Of a stretch of DNA of 9,450 nucleotides, positions 8,141-9,450 are shown piece after piece. The first letter of the stretch is position 1. Every line of letters starts with the position of its first letter. Made by a program: the position numbers and the translations under genes. The stretch spans positions 1 through 9,450 of the forward strand of contig JADGIF010000391.1 in the NCBI GenBank assembly GCA_018985225.1. Direction: 5' to 3'. The DNA is from Amoeboradix gromovi X-113. Taxonomy: Eukaryota; Fungi; Sanchytriomycota. The notes beneath the pieces are model-generated. The model ran no database searches. It was not told the origin of the DNA and was given only the letters and a program-made list of their open reading frames with translations.

Positions 8141-8170
8141 AGTTAGTCTAGTTTTTGTATTTGGTGTCCC
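8141..8170 (-). repeat. Right terminal inverted repeat of the MITE
   Basis: 27/30 match to 7794-7823; all three differences are transitions. Confidence 0.88.
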
Positions 8171-8190
8171 ATTCCTAACAGGGAGATTAC

Positions 8191-9276
8191 ATGTTGAGAC
8201 TGGTACACAAAAGAATTAATAGTAGGTTAATTGGAAGAAACGTAATGTCAAAAAGATTCAACAGTAGCTCACCAGATCCTGTTACAACAACTTCAACTGC
8301 AGCAAATGGTATTACGCAAGGACAAGCGAATGATGTCGATGTTACTTCAAATATCGCTAGTTCTGCGTCTAATGAGCAGGTCAGTAGTATACTAAGTAAT
8401 GAACAGATTCATAACGCGTTTTTGCATGACATGCCACAAAAAGTTGGAGACTTGGCATCGTTGGGACTCAGTTATTCATGGCCAAGTGGATGGATTACTC
8501 AGTTCTTGGAAGCATTTTATATAACTAGTGGACTACCGTGGTGGGCAACTATATTACTGTATACTTTGACTATAAGAATTCTGCTCTTGCCGAGTATAGT
8601 TAAAATGCAAAAAACAAATGCAAAACTAATGAAAATATCTCCAAAGCTGAAAATATTGCAAGATGAGATATCTGCATCAAAGGAAAGTCAAGATATGGTC
8701 AAATTACAAGCTGCGCTATCTAAAATGCAGGATTTGTACACGAATGAGAAGGTTTCTCCTTTATCTGCTCTAAAAGGGCCAGTAATGCAAGGTGCAATTT
8801 TAATTTCCACTTTTTTAGCTTTGCGTAAAATGGCTGAATTGCCTGTTCCCTCGTTTGAACATGGTGGTTTATGGTGGTTTACGAATTTGAGTGCAGGTGA
8901 TCCTACATACATCTTGCCTGTCGTATCCACTTTATCGGTATTAGCACTGTTCAAATACACTAATGATATGTCACCTCCTAACGCTCAAGCAGACACAATA
9001 AAGAAAGTGATGCCTTGGATTGCCGTACTTGGCGCTTATTTTGTATCTGATTTTCCTGCAGCATTGTTTGTATACTGGATAACCTCGAACGTATTTTCAA
9101 TTCTCCAGACCTATAGCTTGCAAACTCCGATGATGAGAAAAAGGTTCGGGATTCCTAAAATTGTAAAACCGCCAGTGCAGAAAGCAAGCGGGCCAAAAGA
9201 ATTAAGTTTTGTTGAAGGATTTAAGATTGCATACGAAAACGCAAAGAATAAGAACTCCGTTAATTCTGTTAAGTAA
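8191..9276 (+). CDS. OXA1: Mitochondrial inner-membrane insertase Oxa1 (YidC/Oxa1/Alb3 family), 361 aa
   Basis: Arg-rich, acid-free presequence ending KRFNSS. Family motifs WPSGWITQFLE...SGLPWWATI...IRILLLP, LRKMAELPVPSFEHGGLWWFTNL...DPTYILP and FPAALFVYWITSN. A basic C-terminal tail favours Oxa1 over Cox18. Confidence 0.95.
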   Translation: MLRLVHKRINSRLIGRNVMSKRFNSSSPDPVTTTSTAANGITQGQANDVDVTSNIASSASNEQVSSILSNEQIHNAFLHDMPQKVGDLASLGLSYSWPSGWITQFLEAFYITSGLPWWATILLYTLTIRILLLPSIVKMQKTNAKLMKISPKLKILQDEISASKESQDMVKLQAALSKMQDLYTNEKVSPLSALKGPVMQGAILISTFLALRKMAELPVPSFEHGGLWWFTNLSAGDPTYILPVVSTLSVLALFKYTNDMSPPNAQADTIKKVMPWIAVLGAYFVSDFPAALFVYWITSNVFSILQTYSLQTPMMRKRFGIPKIVKPPVQKASGPKELSFVEGFKIAYENAKNKNSVNSVK

Positions 9277-9450
9277 ATCTATTTATATTGACCAACACCT
9301 ACGTTAAATTCAGATCATTGATCTTGTTTAATCTTGCTAAGCCAGAAAGTTTTGTAAATGGCGCCAATTGGTAACGCCTACGTTAAATGTGAAGAATTCG
9401 AAAATCATGAAGATTTCAAACCCCACACTTCTCAAGTGTAGACAACTTGG

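Larger units (their letters stand above)
7794..8170. mobile_element. 377-bp non-autonomous DNA transposon (MITE) with 30-bp TIRs and ATT target-site duplication; PIF/Harbinger (Tourist)-like termini
   Basis: Left end GGGACATCAAATATAAAAACTGGACTAACT (7794-7823) versus reverse complement of the right end GGGACACCAAATACAAAAACTAGACTAACT (8141-8170): 27/30 identical. ATT lies directly on both sides (7791-7793, 8171-8173). No coding capacity is evident. Confidence 0.85.

Noticed and set aside
8203-8225. GT...TTAATAGTAG intron-like stretch at the start of OXA1
   Set aside because: Removal would shift the frame, and the unspliced sequence encodes a good mitochondrial presequence.
8688-8960. 90-aa minus-strand ORF
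   Set aside because: Antisense shadow within OXA1.
9358-9441. 27-aa + strand ORF MAPIGNAYVKCEEFENHEDFKPHTSQV
   Set aside because: Too short and unrecognisable. It could be a first exon, but the window ends before this can be tested.

Overview
AT-rich, extremely gene-dense eukaryotic DNA, most likely from an early-diverging fungus or relative with a compact genome, standard genetic code and functional mitochondria. Housekeeping genes are RPB9 (-), EXO84 (+), an importin-7/Nmd5-family karyopherin (+) and OXA1 (+), plus an orphan 459-aa gene (-). The ORF track splits two of these genes; each is repaired by one tiny spliceosomal intron (23 and 21 nt, GTATT...YTAATKTAG). Two things are missing from the ORF track. 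(1) Positions 1-123 encode what looks like the C-terminus of a Fanzor/TnpB RNA-guided nuclease (DRDVNAxxN...GERP), followed directly by a ~150-nt strongly base-paired region that is a candidate omegaRNA. (2) A 377-bp MITE with 30-bp TIRs and an ATT target-site duplication sits 20 bp upstream of OXA1. Its TIR aligns without gaps to a segment inside the candidate omegaRNA, suggesting the Fanzor element and the MITE are related. All family assignments come from motif recognition by eye; no searches were run.
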